Of a DNA stretch of 64,000 nt, positions 55,438 through 64,000 are shown in pieces. How positions within the stretch are numbered: position 1 is the stretch's first letter; every line of letters begins with the position of its first letter. Source of the DNA: an uncultured Alphaproteobacteria bacterium (GTDB lineage: Bacteria; Pseudomonadota; Alphaproteobacteria; HIMB59; GCA-002718135). The notes below the pieces were generated by a model that made no database searches, was not told where the DNA came from, and saw nothing but the letters and a program-made list of their open reading frames with translations. Where the stretch lies: contig CACGGX010000005.1 of the NCBI GenBank assembly GCA_902572735.1, positions 10,136 to 74,135 of the forward strand. Reading direction: 5' to 3'. A program made the translations under genes and the position numbers.

Positions 55438-56586
55438 ATGAATGCTCTAATTAACGCTATTAATGAAAAAACAAAGGTCATTCTTGAGAATGATGGAAGG
55501 TTATTAAAGAAATCTTTCTTTGGTTTATTATTACTTTCTCTTGTTTTTCAAGGAGGAGAGTTTGGAGAAGTTATACGATCATCAATGATAGATGCTTATA
55601 TCCAGGTATCTGTTTTTGTTGGATTTACTCTATTTGTTTTTATTGGCTTGGATAGTTTAACAAAATTTGATGTTAAATATTTTTTATCTAAGACACAAAA
55701 GTTCCATGTCGGTATAGCTGCTTTTTTAGGTGCAATACCTGGATGTGGTGGAGCTATAATAGTTGTAACGCAATATATCCAGGGCCGTATTTCTTTCGGA
55801 TCCTTAGTTGCTGTGTTAACAGCAACAATGGGTGATGCAGCTTTTTTAATACTTGCTATTGAGCCCACAACAGGACTTTTAATATTTGGTATTGGAATAA
55901 TTGTTGGATCAATTTCAGGTTATATAATTGATTTTATTCATGGCATAAATTTTATGCAATCAGAGACAAAAATAAAAGTTGAATTTGAAAAAATAAATAA
56001 AACTTTTGTATCGAATTTTAATTTCTTTTGGCTTTTTTTATTTATCCCTGGTTTTATTTTAGGTATTCTAGTTGCATTCCAGATAGAATTTTCACCAGCT
56101 TACAACTCACTTTTAGTTTTTGTAGCATCTGCTGGAGCAATACTTTCAATATTTATGTGGTCATTAAATCCATTAAGTGATTTTCAATGCTCAACTGACA
56201 AAAGTAGAGGATTATTATCAAGAGTAGTAGATACAACTAATTTTGTAACCACCTGGGTCATCAGTGGTTTTCTTGTTTTTGAAATATTTATGTACTTTAC
56301 AAGTTTAGATTTAAAAATATTTTTTGATTTATGGCTACCGTTTGTTCCATTGGTAGCAATTCTATTTGGTTTTTTACCTGGTTGTGGACCGCAAGTTGTT
56401 GTAGCAACGTTTTATCTAAATGGCTTTATTCCTCTTTCTGCTGAGCTTGGTAATGCTATTTCAAATGATGGTGATGCTTTATTCCCAGCAATTGCTCTTG
56501 CCCCAAAAGCTGCGATTTTAGCAACCCTTTATAGTGCAATTCCTGCGTTAGTTGTTGCCTACGGATATTTTTACCTATTTGAGTAA
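55438..56586 (+). CDS. Putative manganese transporter (MntX-like permease family) with an internal two-fold repeat
   Basis: Polytopic. [14 protein letters not shown]...[13 protein letters not shown] in the first half mirrors [14 protein letters not shown]...[14 protein letters not shown] in the second half. Divergent from mntR. Confidence 0.6.
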   Translation: MNALINAINEKTKVILENDGRLLKKSFFGLLLLSLVFQGGEFGEVIRSSMIDAYIQVSVFVGFTLFVFIGLDSLTKFDVKYFLSKTQKFHVGIAAFLGAIPGCGGAIIVVTQYIQGRISFGSLVAVLTATMGDAAFLILAIEPTTGLLIFGIGIIVGSISGYIIDFIHGINFMQSETKIKVEFEKINKTFVSNFNFFWLFLFIPGFILGILVAFQIEFSPAYNSLLVFVASAGAILSIFMWSLNPLSDFQCSTDKSRGLLSRVVDTTNFVTTWVISGFLVFEIFMYFTSLDLKIFFDLWLPFVPLVAILFGFLPGCGPQVVVATFYLNGFIPLSAELGNAISNDGDALFPAIALAPKAAILATLYSAIPALVVAYGYFYLFE

Positions 56587-56590
56587 AATC

Positions 56591-56737
56591 TTGAAGAAAA
56601 ACTTACCATCAAAAGTTTGTATTGTTTGCAATAAGCCTTTCTCTTGGAGAAAAAAATGGGAAAGAGATTGGAAGAATGTTTTATATTGTTCTAAGAAATG
56701 CTCTAAAAATGGATTAAAAAAAAATAATAATAATTAA
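56591..56737 (+). CDS. DUF2256-type small zinc-ribbon protein
   Basis: [36 protein letters not shown] prefer the in-frame TTG at 56591 because the longer tracked ORF overlaps the transporter gene. Confidence 0.6.
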   Translation: MKKNLPSKVCIVCNKPFSWRKKWERDWKNVLYCSKKCSKNGLKKNNNN

Positions 56738-56746
56738 ATCTTATTT

Positions 56747-56896
56747 ATGACAGATAAATTAAATAAAGAAAAAGATACACATCAAGCAAAAGATGATTCT
56801 AAAAAAGAAATACGCTTAACGAGATTAAAAAGGTTAGAAAAAAAACTGAAATCAAATATTTTAAAAAGAAAACAAGCTATTAGCAAAAATGGATAA
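56747..56896 (+). CDS. Possible 49-aa highly basic protein
   Basis: ATG ORF MTDKLNKEKDTHQAKDDSKKEIRLTRLKRLEKKLKSNILKRKQAISKNG fills the spacer exactly and overlaps the murA start by 8 nt. Confidence 0.3.
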   Translation: MTDKLNKEKDTHQAKDDSKKEIRLTRLKRLEKKLKSNILKRKQAISKNG

Positions 56897-58145
56897 ATTA
56901 ATAATAAAAGGAGGTTCAAAAATTTCTGGATCAGTTAATGTTCACGGTTCAAAAAATTCTGCACTACCGATTATAGTATCTTCTCTTTTATCTAAAAAAA
57001 CTTTAAAACTCTCAAATGTACCTAATGTGGTTGATGTTTTAAATTTAATAAAATTACTGAAAAATTATGGTGTAAAAATTGAATACAAAAAAAATAAATT
57101 AAAAATAAATCCATCAAAAATTAAGAATCTATCAGCAGATTATGATGTTGTGCGAAAAATGAGAGCCTCCATATTGATTCTAGGTCCATTACTTTCTCGA
57201 TTTGGTGAGGCTAGAATATCTTTACCAGGAGGATGTGCTATCGGAACTAGGCCAATAGATATACATCTTGCTGGTTTATCAAAATTGGGAGCTAATTTTG
57301 AAATTCAAAATGGTTTTGTTGTTGGTAGTGTTAAATCACAATTAATTGGAAATAAAATTAAATTACCATTTCCAAGTGTAGGAGCAACTGAAAATATACT
57401 AATGGCCTCAGTATTGGCAAAAGGTGAAACTAAAATTTCTAATGCTGCAAGAGAACCAGAAATAGAAGATTTGTCAAAATGTCTTATAAAAATGGGTGCA
57501 AAAATTGAAGGTCATGGAACAAAAACTATTCTTGTACAAGGTGTAACAAATTTAAAAAAAGCAGAGCATGAGATAATTGCTGATAGAATTGTAGCTGGCA
57601 CATATATAATTGCAGCTTTAATGTTAAATTCAGCTTTAGAAATAAATAACTTTAACACTATTTATTTAAAATCCTTAATTGATATTTTAAAAAAAATGGG
57701 TGCAAAATTAAAAGTAAGTAAAAATTCGATAAAAGTCTCTAAAGGATCAAAACTAAAATCTACTAGTCTTTCAACTAGTCCATATCCAGGATTTCCCACC
57801 GATTTACAAGCTCAGTTAATGTCTCTTATGTGTATCTCTGATGGGAAGTCAAAAATTAAAGAAACAATTTTTGAAAATAGATTCATGCATGTTCCTGAAC
57901 TGAATCGATTAGGTGCGAATATTACAGTAGAAAAAGATACCGCTACAATAATAGGCAATCAAACATTTAAAGGAGCGCAGGTAATGGCTAGTGATTTACG
58001 AGCTAGTATAAGTTTAGTGTTAGCTGCTATGAATGCGAATGGTCAAACGACACTAAATCGTGTCTATCATCTTGATAGAGGCTATGAAAATATTGAAAAA
58101 ATATTAGGTAGTTTGGGAGCAAAAATAAAAAGACAGAAAAACTAA
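56889..58145 (+). CDS. murA: UDP-N-acetylglucosamine 1-carboxyvinyltransferase
   Basis: MDKLIIKGG.K.SG.V.V.GSKNSALP... and the catalytic loop LPGGCAIGTRPID. Confidence 0.95.
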   Translation: MDKLIIKGGSKISGSVNVHGSKNSALPIIVSSLLSKKTLKLSNVPNVVDVLNLIKLLKNYGVKIEYKKNKLKINPSKIKNLSADYDVVRKMRASILILGPLLSRFGEARISLPGGCAIGTRPIDIHLAGLSKLGANFEIQNGFVVGSVKSQLIGNKIKLPFPSVGATENILMASVLAKGETKISNAAREPEIEDLSKCLIKMGAKIEGHGTKTILVQGVTNLKKAEHEIIADRIVAGTYIIAALMLNSALEINNFNTIYLKSLIDILKKMGAKLKVSKNSIKVSKGSKLKSTSLSTSPYPGFPTDLQAQLMSLMCISDGKSKIKETIFENRFMHVPELNRLGANITVEKDTATIIGNQTFKGAQVMASDLRASISLVLAAMNANGQTTLNRVYHLDRGYENIEKILGSLGAKIKRQKN

Positions 58146-58191
58146 CTTTTTCTAGTTTTTTCTTTGATCACAATATAAAAGCCTGCAATTT

Positions 58192-58839
58192 ATGAGCAAA
58201 ATAGTTATTGCAGTACCAAGAGGCAGAATAACAAAAGAATGTAAAAACTTGTTACTTAAAACAAGTTTTGCCCCTGATCCTTTACTATTTGATAAAGATA
58301 CAAGAAAGTTAACTTTTAAATCTAAAAAAAGAAACATTGAGTATATCAAAGTAAGAGCCTTTGATGCATGTACATTTGTTGCATTTGGAGCTGCTCAAAT
58401 AGGAATAGCTGGTGAGGATGTAATTAATGAATTTGATTACTCAGAAATATATGCTCCGCTTGATTTAAATATTGGGCATTGTCGAATTTCTGTAGCTGCT
58501 TTGAAATCTTTATTAAAAAAAGAGGATCCAGAAACTTGGAGTAATATTAGAATTGCTACTAAATACCCAAATATTACTAAAAAATTTTTTTATAATAAGG
58601 GGATACAAGTAGAAATTATAAAACTAAGTGGATCTATGGAATTAGCCCCTTCTTTAAGTATGTGTAGAAGAATTGTAGATTTAGTTTCTACAGGAAAAAC
58701 ATTGAAAGAAAATGGTTTGACTGAAATTGAAGAAATAATGAAAATTCAATCTAAATTAATTGTCAATAGATCAGCTTATAAGACAAATATGAATGAGGTT
58801 TCAAAAATTATTTCTGAAATAGGTACTTTTGTTAAATGA
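58192..58839 (+). CDS. hisG: ATP phosphoribosyltransferase, short (HisZ-dependent) form
   Basis: IAVPRGR....C..LL, DLVSTGKTLKENGL. At 215 aa it lacks the C-terminal regulatory domain. Confidence 0.9.
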   Translation: MSKIVIAVPRGRITKECKNLLLKTSFAPDPLLFDKDTRKLTFKSKKRNIEYIKVRAFDACTFVAFGAAQIGIAGEDVINEFDYSEIYAPLDLNIGHCRISVAALKSLLKKEDPETWSNIRIATKYPNITKKFFYNKGIQVEIIKLSGSMELAPSLSMCRRIVDLVSTGKTLKENGLTEIEEIMKIQSKLIVNRSAYKTNMNEVSKIISEIGTFVK

Positions 58840-60116
58840 AAATAATAAAATTTAATAAAAATTTTTATAATCAATTTCAGACAAAGATTGAAAAAAGAAA
58901 TTCATTATCAAGTAAATCAATTCAAGAAGATGTAAAAAAAATAATTTATGATGTAAAAAAAAATGGCGATAAATCTCTAATTAAGTATGCAGCAAAATTT
59001 GATAAAGTTAAAATTAGTAAACAAGATCTTAGTTTAGATTTATCTAAAATAAAAATACAACCTAAAGTTGAGCCACAAATATTTAATAGTTTTAAAAAAG
59101 CTATAAAAAATATTTCATCATTTCACAAAAAACAATTACCTAAAAATATTACCTATACTAATAATGGTGCAACATTGAAATCTGTATGGAAGCCTATTGA
59201 TTCAGTTGGCTTGTACGTACCTGGAGGAAGGGCTTTTTATCCCTCATCTTTAATTATGAATGCAGTACCTGCAATCATAGCTGGAGTAAAAAGAATTGTT
59301 TGTATCACGCCACCAACTAAATCAATTAATCCATATTTTATAAAATTAATAAGGGAATTAGGTATTAAAGAAACATATTTTGTAGGAGGAGCTCAAGCTA
59401 TTAGTGCACTAACGTTTGGCACTCAAACTATTAAGCCAGTCAATAAAATATTTGGACCTGGTAATGCTTATGTAGCAGAGGCAAAAAAACAATTGTATGG
59501 AAAAGTAGGTATAGATTTGCTAGCAGGACCATCTGAAATAATAGTTGTTGCAAATAACAATAATAATCCAGATTGGGTAGCTTCAGATCTAATAGCTCAA
59601 GCAGAACATGATGAAAATGCACAAGCAATTTTAATTACGGATAGTAAAGATTTTGCAACTAAAGTCTTAAGTTCAATTAAAAAAATTAAAAAAGATTTAT
59701 CAAAAAAGAAAATAATTGAAAAAAGTTTAAATAATAATGGAATTATAGCTTTGGTCGATAATATAGAACTTGCTTCAGAAATCATAAATTTTGTTGCACC
59801 AGAACATTTACATATTCACATTTCTAATAATAAAAAATTATTATCGAATATAAATAATGCTGGCGGTATATTTTTAGGTGAATACTCTGTCGAAGCTTTT
59901 GGTGATTATATTGTAGGAACTAACCATGTATTGCCGACATCAGGAGCGGCAAAATTTTCATCAGGTCTAGGTGTTTTAGATTTTATGAAAAGAACCTCTG
60001 TTGTTGGTATGAATAAAAAATCTTTTAATGCTCTTTCGGAAGATACTGAAAAAATGTCAGGACTTGAAGGTCTAGATGGACACAAATTGTCAGTTAAAAT
60101 TAGACAAAAGAAATAA
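58836..60116 (+). CDS. hisD: Histidinol dehydrogenase
   Basis: GGAQAI.AL..GT....V.KI.GPGN.YV..AK, AGPSE, QAEHD, APEHL and GDY..G.NHVLPT. Confidence 0.95.
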   Translation: MKIIKFNKNFYNQFQTKIEKRNSLSSKSIQEDVKKIIYDVKKNGDKSLIKYAAKFDKVKISKQDLSLDLSKIKIQPKVEPQIFNSFKKAIKNISSFHKKQLPKNITYTNNGATLKSVWKPIDSVGLYVPGGRAFYPSSLIMNAVPAIIAGVKRIVCITPPTKSINPYFIKLIRELGIKETYFVGGAQAISALTFGTQTIKPVNKIFGPGNAYVAEAKKQLYGKVGIDLLAGPSEIIVVANNNNNPDWVASDLIAQAEHDENAQAILITDSKDFATKVLSSIKKIKKDLSKKKIIEKSLNNNGIIALVDNIELASEIINFVAPEHLHIHISNNKKLLSNINNAGGIFLGEYSVEAFGDYIVGTNHVLPTSGAAKFSSGLGVLDFMKRTSVVGMNKKSFNALSEDTEKMSGLEGLDGHKLSVKIRQKK

Positions 60117-60140
60117 TTTTTACTATAAGCTTATACAAAT

Positions 60141-60359
60141 ATGCCAAAAGAAGGATCGATTGAATTTCAAGGAGTTGTATTAGAACTTCTTCCAAATGCA
60201 ATGTTTAAAGTAAAATTAGAAAATGATCATGAAATTCTAGCTCACTCATCAGGAAAAATGAGAAAAAATAGAATAAGAGTATTAGCTGGTGATAAAGTGA
60301 CAGTAGAAATGACACCTTATGATTTAACAAAAGGCAGAATTACTTTTAGATGGAAATAA
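60141..60359 (+). CDS. infA: Translation initiation factor IF-1
   Basis: [49 protein letters not shown]. Confidence 0.97.
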   Translation: MPKEGSIEFQGVVLELLPNAMFKVKLENDHEILAHSSGKMRKNRIRVLAGDKVTVEMTPYDLTKGRITFRWK

Positions 60360-60529
60360 AAAAATCTAAAAAAAATAATATCATTTCTTTAAAAAAAAAA
60401 TCTAAATGCCCAACATGTAAAAAGGTTTCTAAGGAACCATTTATACCTTTTTGTTCAAAAAAATGCGCTAGTCTTGATTTGATGAAATGGCTCACTGATG
60501 AACATGGGCTGCAAATAAAATCTGATTAA
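60350..60529 (+). CDS. yacG: YacG-like zinc-finger protein (DNA gyrase inhibitor family)
   Basis: Untracked 59-aa ORF overlapping the infA stop: ...[30 protein letters not shown]. This matches the C-P-x-C...PFCS.RC...DL..W pattern. Confidence 0.65.
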   Translation: MEIKKSKKNNIISLKKKSKCPTCKKVSKEPFIPFCSKKCASLDLMKWLTDEHGLQIKSD

Positions 60530-60581
60530 TTATCCTATTTTTAATTGAATTTAATTATAAATACTTTATCTGATGACTTGT

Positions 60582-60657
<76 letters not shown>

Positions 60658-60871
60658 CTTTTTTTTTGAGGGTAACTTTTTTGCTTTTTCAAAGATAAAC
60701 TACACAGCTTTTATTAGAGAAAAGTCTAAGTTTTGATAATTATTGGTTAGTTAATTAGGTCGTAAATGTTACCTTTTATTACCCTCGAAATGTTTTGTTT
60801 TATTTACGCTATTTAATCCTACAATTCTTGAAAATTAGACTCTTAAAAAATTTGTGTTAAAGTGTTCTAAT

Positions 60872-61846
60872 ATGACTAAAAAAATTTTAGTTTTTTCAAA
60901 TGGTGAAAAAATTGGAGATGGAATAATTAAATTACAACTTCTTCACGAAATTAAAACAAGACTTCCAGACTATAAATTATATTGGCTTACTAATAAGGGT
61001 AAAACTGTTTATTCAAGTACTCTTAAATTCATTGCAAGTAATTATATTGATGAGATTCTTGATCAAGCAAATCTTAGTCCATTTTTTTGGAATAAAATAT
61101 CAAAAAAATATAATTTAGAGAGTGATTTTTTTGATTATATTTTAGATACACAAAAATCAGTAATGAGAACTATAGCATTAAAACGAATCAAGCATAAAAA
61201 TTTTATTTCTGGATCAGCTAATGGTTTTTTTTCTTCTAAAAAATTTAAAAGTAACAAGAAAAGAAAGTATTATTTAAACTACATTTTAGATTTATTAGAT
61301 TTAATAGTTTTTAAAAAAAATAAAAGTGATTTTAAAATTCCAATAAGTGAAAATCTTGAAGGAATAATAAGTAATATTTTATTAAAACATAAAAGCTATG
61401 TAGGAATTGCACCTGGTGCAGGTGAAAAAAATAAGATTTGGTCTTTAGAAAAATACATCGAGTTATGTAACTATCTTCAAGTAAATAATAAGACTATAGT
61501 TTTTTTTATTGGACCTGATGAACTTTATTTAAAAGAAAAATTAAAAAATATATTTCCTCACTCAATATTTATCGAGGATCATATTACTGGATTTCAAAAT
61601 ATAGAAATTATTATGGCTACCACCAAATATTTACAATTAGCCATATCGAACGATAGCGGTGTTAGTCATATGTTGTCCACTGGATATTGCCCATTAATTA
61701 AACTGTTTGGTCCAAAAGATTCTACAAAATTTACTCCTGAAAATCCAAATCTATTTTCTATATCTTCAAGTGATTTTAACTCAAAAAATATCAATAAAAT
61801 ACCTGTCTCTAGAGTGATTGAAGAAATAGAAAAAGTTCTGATTTAA
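60872..61846 (+). CDS. Glycosyltransferase family 9 (LPS heptosyltransferase-like)
   Basis: KKILVFSNGEKIGDGI start, GIAPGAGEKNKIWSLEKY and SNDSGVSHM. I prefer the ATG at 60872 to the GTG at 60854. Confidence 0.75.
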   Translation: MTKKILVFSNGEKIGDGIIKLQLLHEIKTRLPDYKLYWLTNKGKTVYSSTLKFIASNYIDEILDQANLSPFFWNKISKKYNLESDFFDYILDTQKSVMRTIALKRIKHKNFISGSANGFFSSKKFKSNKKRKYYLNYILDLLDLIVFKKNKSDFKIPISENLEGIISNILLKHKSYVGIAPGAGEKNKIWSLEKYIELCNYLQVNNKTIVFFIGPDELYLKEKLKNIFPHSIFIEDHITGFQNIEIIMATTKYLQLAISNDSGVSHMLSTGYCPLIKLFGPKDSTKFTPENPNLFSISSSDFNSKNINKIPVSRVIEEIEKVLI

Positions 61847-61905
61847 AATTTCATATATTAGAAGGTAGACAAGTATATTTTTCATCATTACTTGTTTACT
61901 TTTAT

Positions 61906-62613
61906 ATGTTCAAATTTGATAAACTTGTATTTGGCGATGCAGGGTGGGGCGATGAATTTCTTATAGCAACACTCATGACTTTACTAGTAAGCATTTTATC
62001 AATGGGGTTAGGTCTTTTTTTAGCAATTATTACAGTTTGGGCAAAGATAATACAAAACAGAATAACAAGATTTATTGCAAATTTTTATACAACAGTAATA
62101 AGAGGTGTTCCTGAATTATTAGTTATCTATCTAATTTTCTTTGGCGGCAATGCTGTTGTTATGAGTATAGCTAAAGTATTTGGATATAATAAATATATAG
62201 AACTAAACGCACTTACAATTGCGACAATAGCCATTGCAGTAATATCAGCTACATATTCGAGTGAAGTTTTAAGAGCTTCTTATTTGGCTATATCTAAGGG
62301 TCAAATAGAAGCTGCAAGAGCACTGGGTATGAATAAATTTAGTATTTTTTTTAAAGTTATTTCGCCTCAAGTTATAAGACATGCTTTACCGGGAATAGGG
62401 AATGTATGGCAAATAACTCTTAAAGATACTTCCCTTATTTCCGTAACTGGTCTTGTTGAAATTATGCGTCAATCTAGAATATCTTCTAACGTTGAGCATT
62501 CACCTTTAACTTTCTTAATAACAGCCGCAATATTGTATTTATGTTTAACAACAATCTCTGGCAGGGTTTTTAAAACGCTAGAAGTAAATTATTCAAAAGG
62601 ATTTTCGACATGA
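61906..62613 (+). CDS. Polar amino-acid (His/Arg/opine-type) ABC transporter permease
   Basis: RGVPELLVIYLIFFG and EAA loop GQIEAARALGMNKFSIFFKVISPQ. Confidence 0.85.
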   Translation: MFKFDKLVFGDAGWGDEFLIATLMTLLVSILSMGLGLFLAIITVWAKIIQNRITRFIANFYTTVIRGVPELLVIYLIFFGGNAVVMSIAKVFGYNKYIELNALTIATIAIAVISATYSSEVLRASYLAISKGQIEAARALGMNKFSIFFKVISPQVIRHALPGIGNVWQITLKDTSLISVTGLVEIMRQSRISSNVEHSPLTFLITAAILYLCLTTISGRVFKTLEVNYSKGFST

Positions 62614-63320
62614 TTGAATATTTAAATAGTATTCAAAATTCTCTTATTTATAAAAATTTCTTTTTGGTCCTATCTGGCTTAGATAATACAATTTTATTAT
62701 TATTAATTTCATTACCACTTGGTTTTGTCTTAGCATTATTATTTGCTCTAGGAAGAGTTTCTAAAATTGCATTATTATCAAGAACAATTGCTAGTTATAT
62801 TTTTGTTATTAGAGGAACGCCTTTACTTGTTCAAATATATTTAATTTATTTTGGTTTAGGTTCAGTAAAATTTATTAGAGAAAGTTTTTTATGGTACGCA
62901 TTGAAAGAACCTTTTTGGTGCGGAGTAATAGCACTTACAATTAATACTGTTGCATATGGAGCAGAAATTTTTCGAGGTGGTATTCAATCAATTGAGAAAA
63001 GTCAGGTTGAATCAGGCCTATCTCTTGGGTTTGGAAAATTTTTACTTTTAAGAAAAATTATTCTACCTATTGCTATACGAAAAGTTCTACCGTCTTACGG
63101 TAATGAATTAATACTAATGGTTAAAGCAACCTCTTTAGTTAGTCTGACAACATACATGGAAATGACAGGTATTGCTAGAAAGATAATGGCTAAAACATTT
63201 GCACCTGTTGAAGCATTTATTGCTGCAGGAATTCTTTATCTTTTTTTAAATTTTCTAATGGTTCAATTTGTTAAATATTTAGAATGGAAATATAATCCAC
63301 ACTTAAGATTAAATAATTAA
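62610..63320 (+). CDS. Polar amino-acid ABC transporter permease (second subunit)
   Basis: RGTPLLVQIYLIYFG and EAA loop SQVESGLSLGFGKFLLLRKIILP. A 4-nt overlap with the preceding gene. Confidence 0.85.
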   Translation: MIEYLNSIQNSLIYKNFFLVLSGLDNTILLLLISLPLGFVLALLFALGRVSKIALLSRTIASYIFVIRGTPLLVQIYLIYFGLGSVKFIRESFLWYALKEPFWCGVIALTINTVAYGAEIFRGGIQSIEKSQVESGLSLGFGKFLLLRKIILPIAIRKVLPSYGNELILMVKATSLVSLTTYMEMTGIARKIMAKTFAPVEAFIAAGILYLFLNFLMVQFVKYLEWKYNPHLRLNN

Positions 63321-63766
63321 TTTCTAAATTTTTTATGACAAGTGCTGCAATTTGCAGCCATTGCTTTAATAGCATCACTTATCATCTCTTTATCTTCTAA
63401 TTCTATACTTAAAGATATCATTTCGATATCATCTACAAAGTTTTGGTTATATTCATTAAATGTCTCACGATCACTCCAAATATTATCACTAGCTCCTTCT
63501 GCTTGACTATTTTCAGGATAAAAATCTTTAAATTCAGATGCTGAATGAAGAAGAGTTTCATTAAGCTCCAACATTTCTTCATATTGATCTGAATTTATTA
63601 ATCTGTAAAGTTTCGATGATGTGCTTTTAATTTTTTGCATTATTGCCATTCTTTCGTTAACAACTTTTTCTAATGATTTGTCCTCTAAATTTACTTTGTG
63701 AGCTAAAACATATAAAGGAATGAATGAAATTAAAGTACTTATCGTTATTTTAAAGAATATACCCAT
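63317..63766 (-). CDS. Class II cytochrome c (cytochrome c' / c-556-like)
   Basis: Signal peptide, helical ~130-aa body, and a single heme motif CSTCH four residues from the C-terminal end region (AANCSTCHKKFRN). Confidence 0.75.
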   Translation of the reverse strand: MGIFFKITISTLISFIPLYVLAHKVNLEDKSLEKVVNERMAIMQKIKSTSSKLYRLINSDQYEEMLELNETLLHSASEFKDFYPENSQAEGASDNIWSDRETFNEYNQNFVDDIEMISLSIELEDKEMISDAIKAMAANCSTCHKKFRN

Positions 63767-64000
63767 TTTTTGTTATTATATTATGCAAGTAATTATGTCC
63801 TAATTTTGCATATTCAAGAGGGTTTGCTTTTTTAGGATCCTGCTCAGCTTCAATAATTAACCATTTCTGATATTTTGCATCATATAGTATCTTAATTAAT
63901 GGATCGTAATCGATGCAACCATCTCCAGGAACAGTGAAAACACCGTCTAAAAAAGACTCTCTAAAACTTAAGTCATCTTTAATAGATTTTAAAAAAACAT
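63750..64000 (-). CDS. Xylose-isomerase-like TIM-barrel protein (IolE/sugar-phosphate isomerase family), C-terminal part; the start lies outside the window
   Basis: My hand translation of the reverse strand gives an open frame ...FTVPGDGCIDYDPLIKILYDAKYQKWLIIEAEQDPKKANPLEYAKLGHNYLHNIITKNGYIL*. It is not in the ORF track because no start codon lies in the window. Confidence 0.6.
   Translation of the reverse strand, partial: VFLKSIKDDLSFRESFLDGVFTVPGDGCIDYDPLIKILYDAKYQKWLIIEAEQDPKKANPLEYAKLGHNYLHNIITKNGYIL

Noticed and set aside
2343-59785. Many 60-140 aa ORFs lie antisense to, or out of frame within, long conserved genes. Examples: 2343..2555, 3412..3645, 7239..7568, 11234..11467, 11712..12419, 16378..16590, 17815..18036, 18190..18375, 18766..18966, 19317..19904, 21289..21501, 23621..24043, 28361..28720, 31941..32129, 32249..32587, 39068..39313, 42173..42412, 42923..43243, 43735..43947, 48205..48462, 55596..55868, 58152..58349, 59440..59785.
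   Set aside because: Each lies entirely inside, or substantially overlaps, a longer ORF with clear family motifs. Their translations are low-complexity or hydrophobic, typical of shadow frames in AT-rich DNA. None has RBS or context support.
60658-60853. A ~200-nt non-coding stretch lies after tRNA-Phe, with an 8-nt inverted repeat (gagggtaa at 60668..60675, ttaccctc at 60779..60786), followed by a very AT-rich GT9 gene. I considered it as a tRNA-linked island boundary or a structured RNA.
   Set aside because: There is no integrase, no duplicated tRNA 3' segment, and the repeat is short. The first part is adequately explained as the tRNA terminator T-run and the rest as the GT9 promoter region.

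Overview
The window is AT-rich and densely packed, with many 1-26 nt gene overlaps and tiny spacers. There are no rRNA genes, CRISPR arrays, transposases, integrases or phage genes. By inference it resembles a streamlined marine alphaproteobacterium (SAR11/Pelagibacterales-like). I call about 65 CDS, two tRNAs (Thr-GGU on the minus strand, Phe-GAA on the plus strand), several hairpin terminators or attenuators, and two candidate operator sets. Housekeeping blocks are ugd-pgm, dacA-like, clpS-clpA, pdxJ and murA-hisG-hisD-infA-yacG-tRNA-Phe. Three accessory loci stand out. (1) At 42.9-54.8 kb, a GntR/HutC regulator with a twice-repeated perfect 16-bp palindrome sits next to an ATPase-less CUT1 sugar importer. 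That importer is followed by two tandem ~720-aa cytoplasmic proteins that fuse an ADP-ribosylglycohydrolase (ARH) fold to CBM-like and ConA/LamG-like modules, then an aldo-keto reductase, an MFS transporter, a C-N hydrolase and a methyltransferase. This is my best candidate for an undescribed catabolic system. (2) At 5.9-23.4 kb, two parallel regulator-less minus-strand modules are each led by a membrane di-iron 'fatty-acid desaturase-like' paralog. Each also carries a Gfo/Idh/MocA dehydrogenase and an ABC importer. One module has a leaderless Cys-type sulfatase and a PHP-fold hydrolase; the other has a ThuA/ThuB-like pair and an aldehyde dehydrogenase. (3) At 37.5-40 kb, beside tRNA-Thr, a mu-class-like GST lies next to a kappa/DsbA-like isomerase. 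Functions are assigned from motifs I recognise in the supplied translations; no database search was run.
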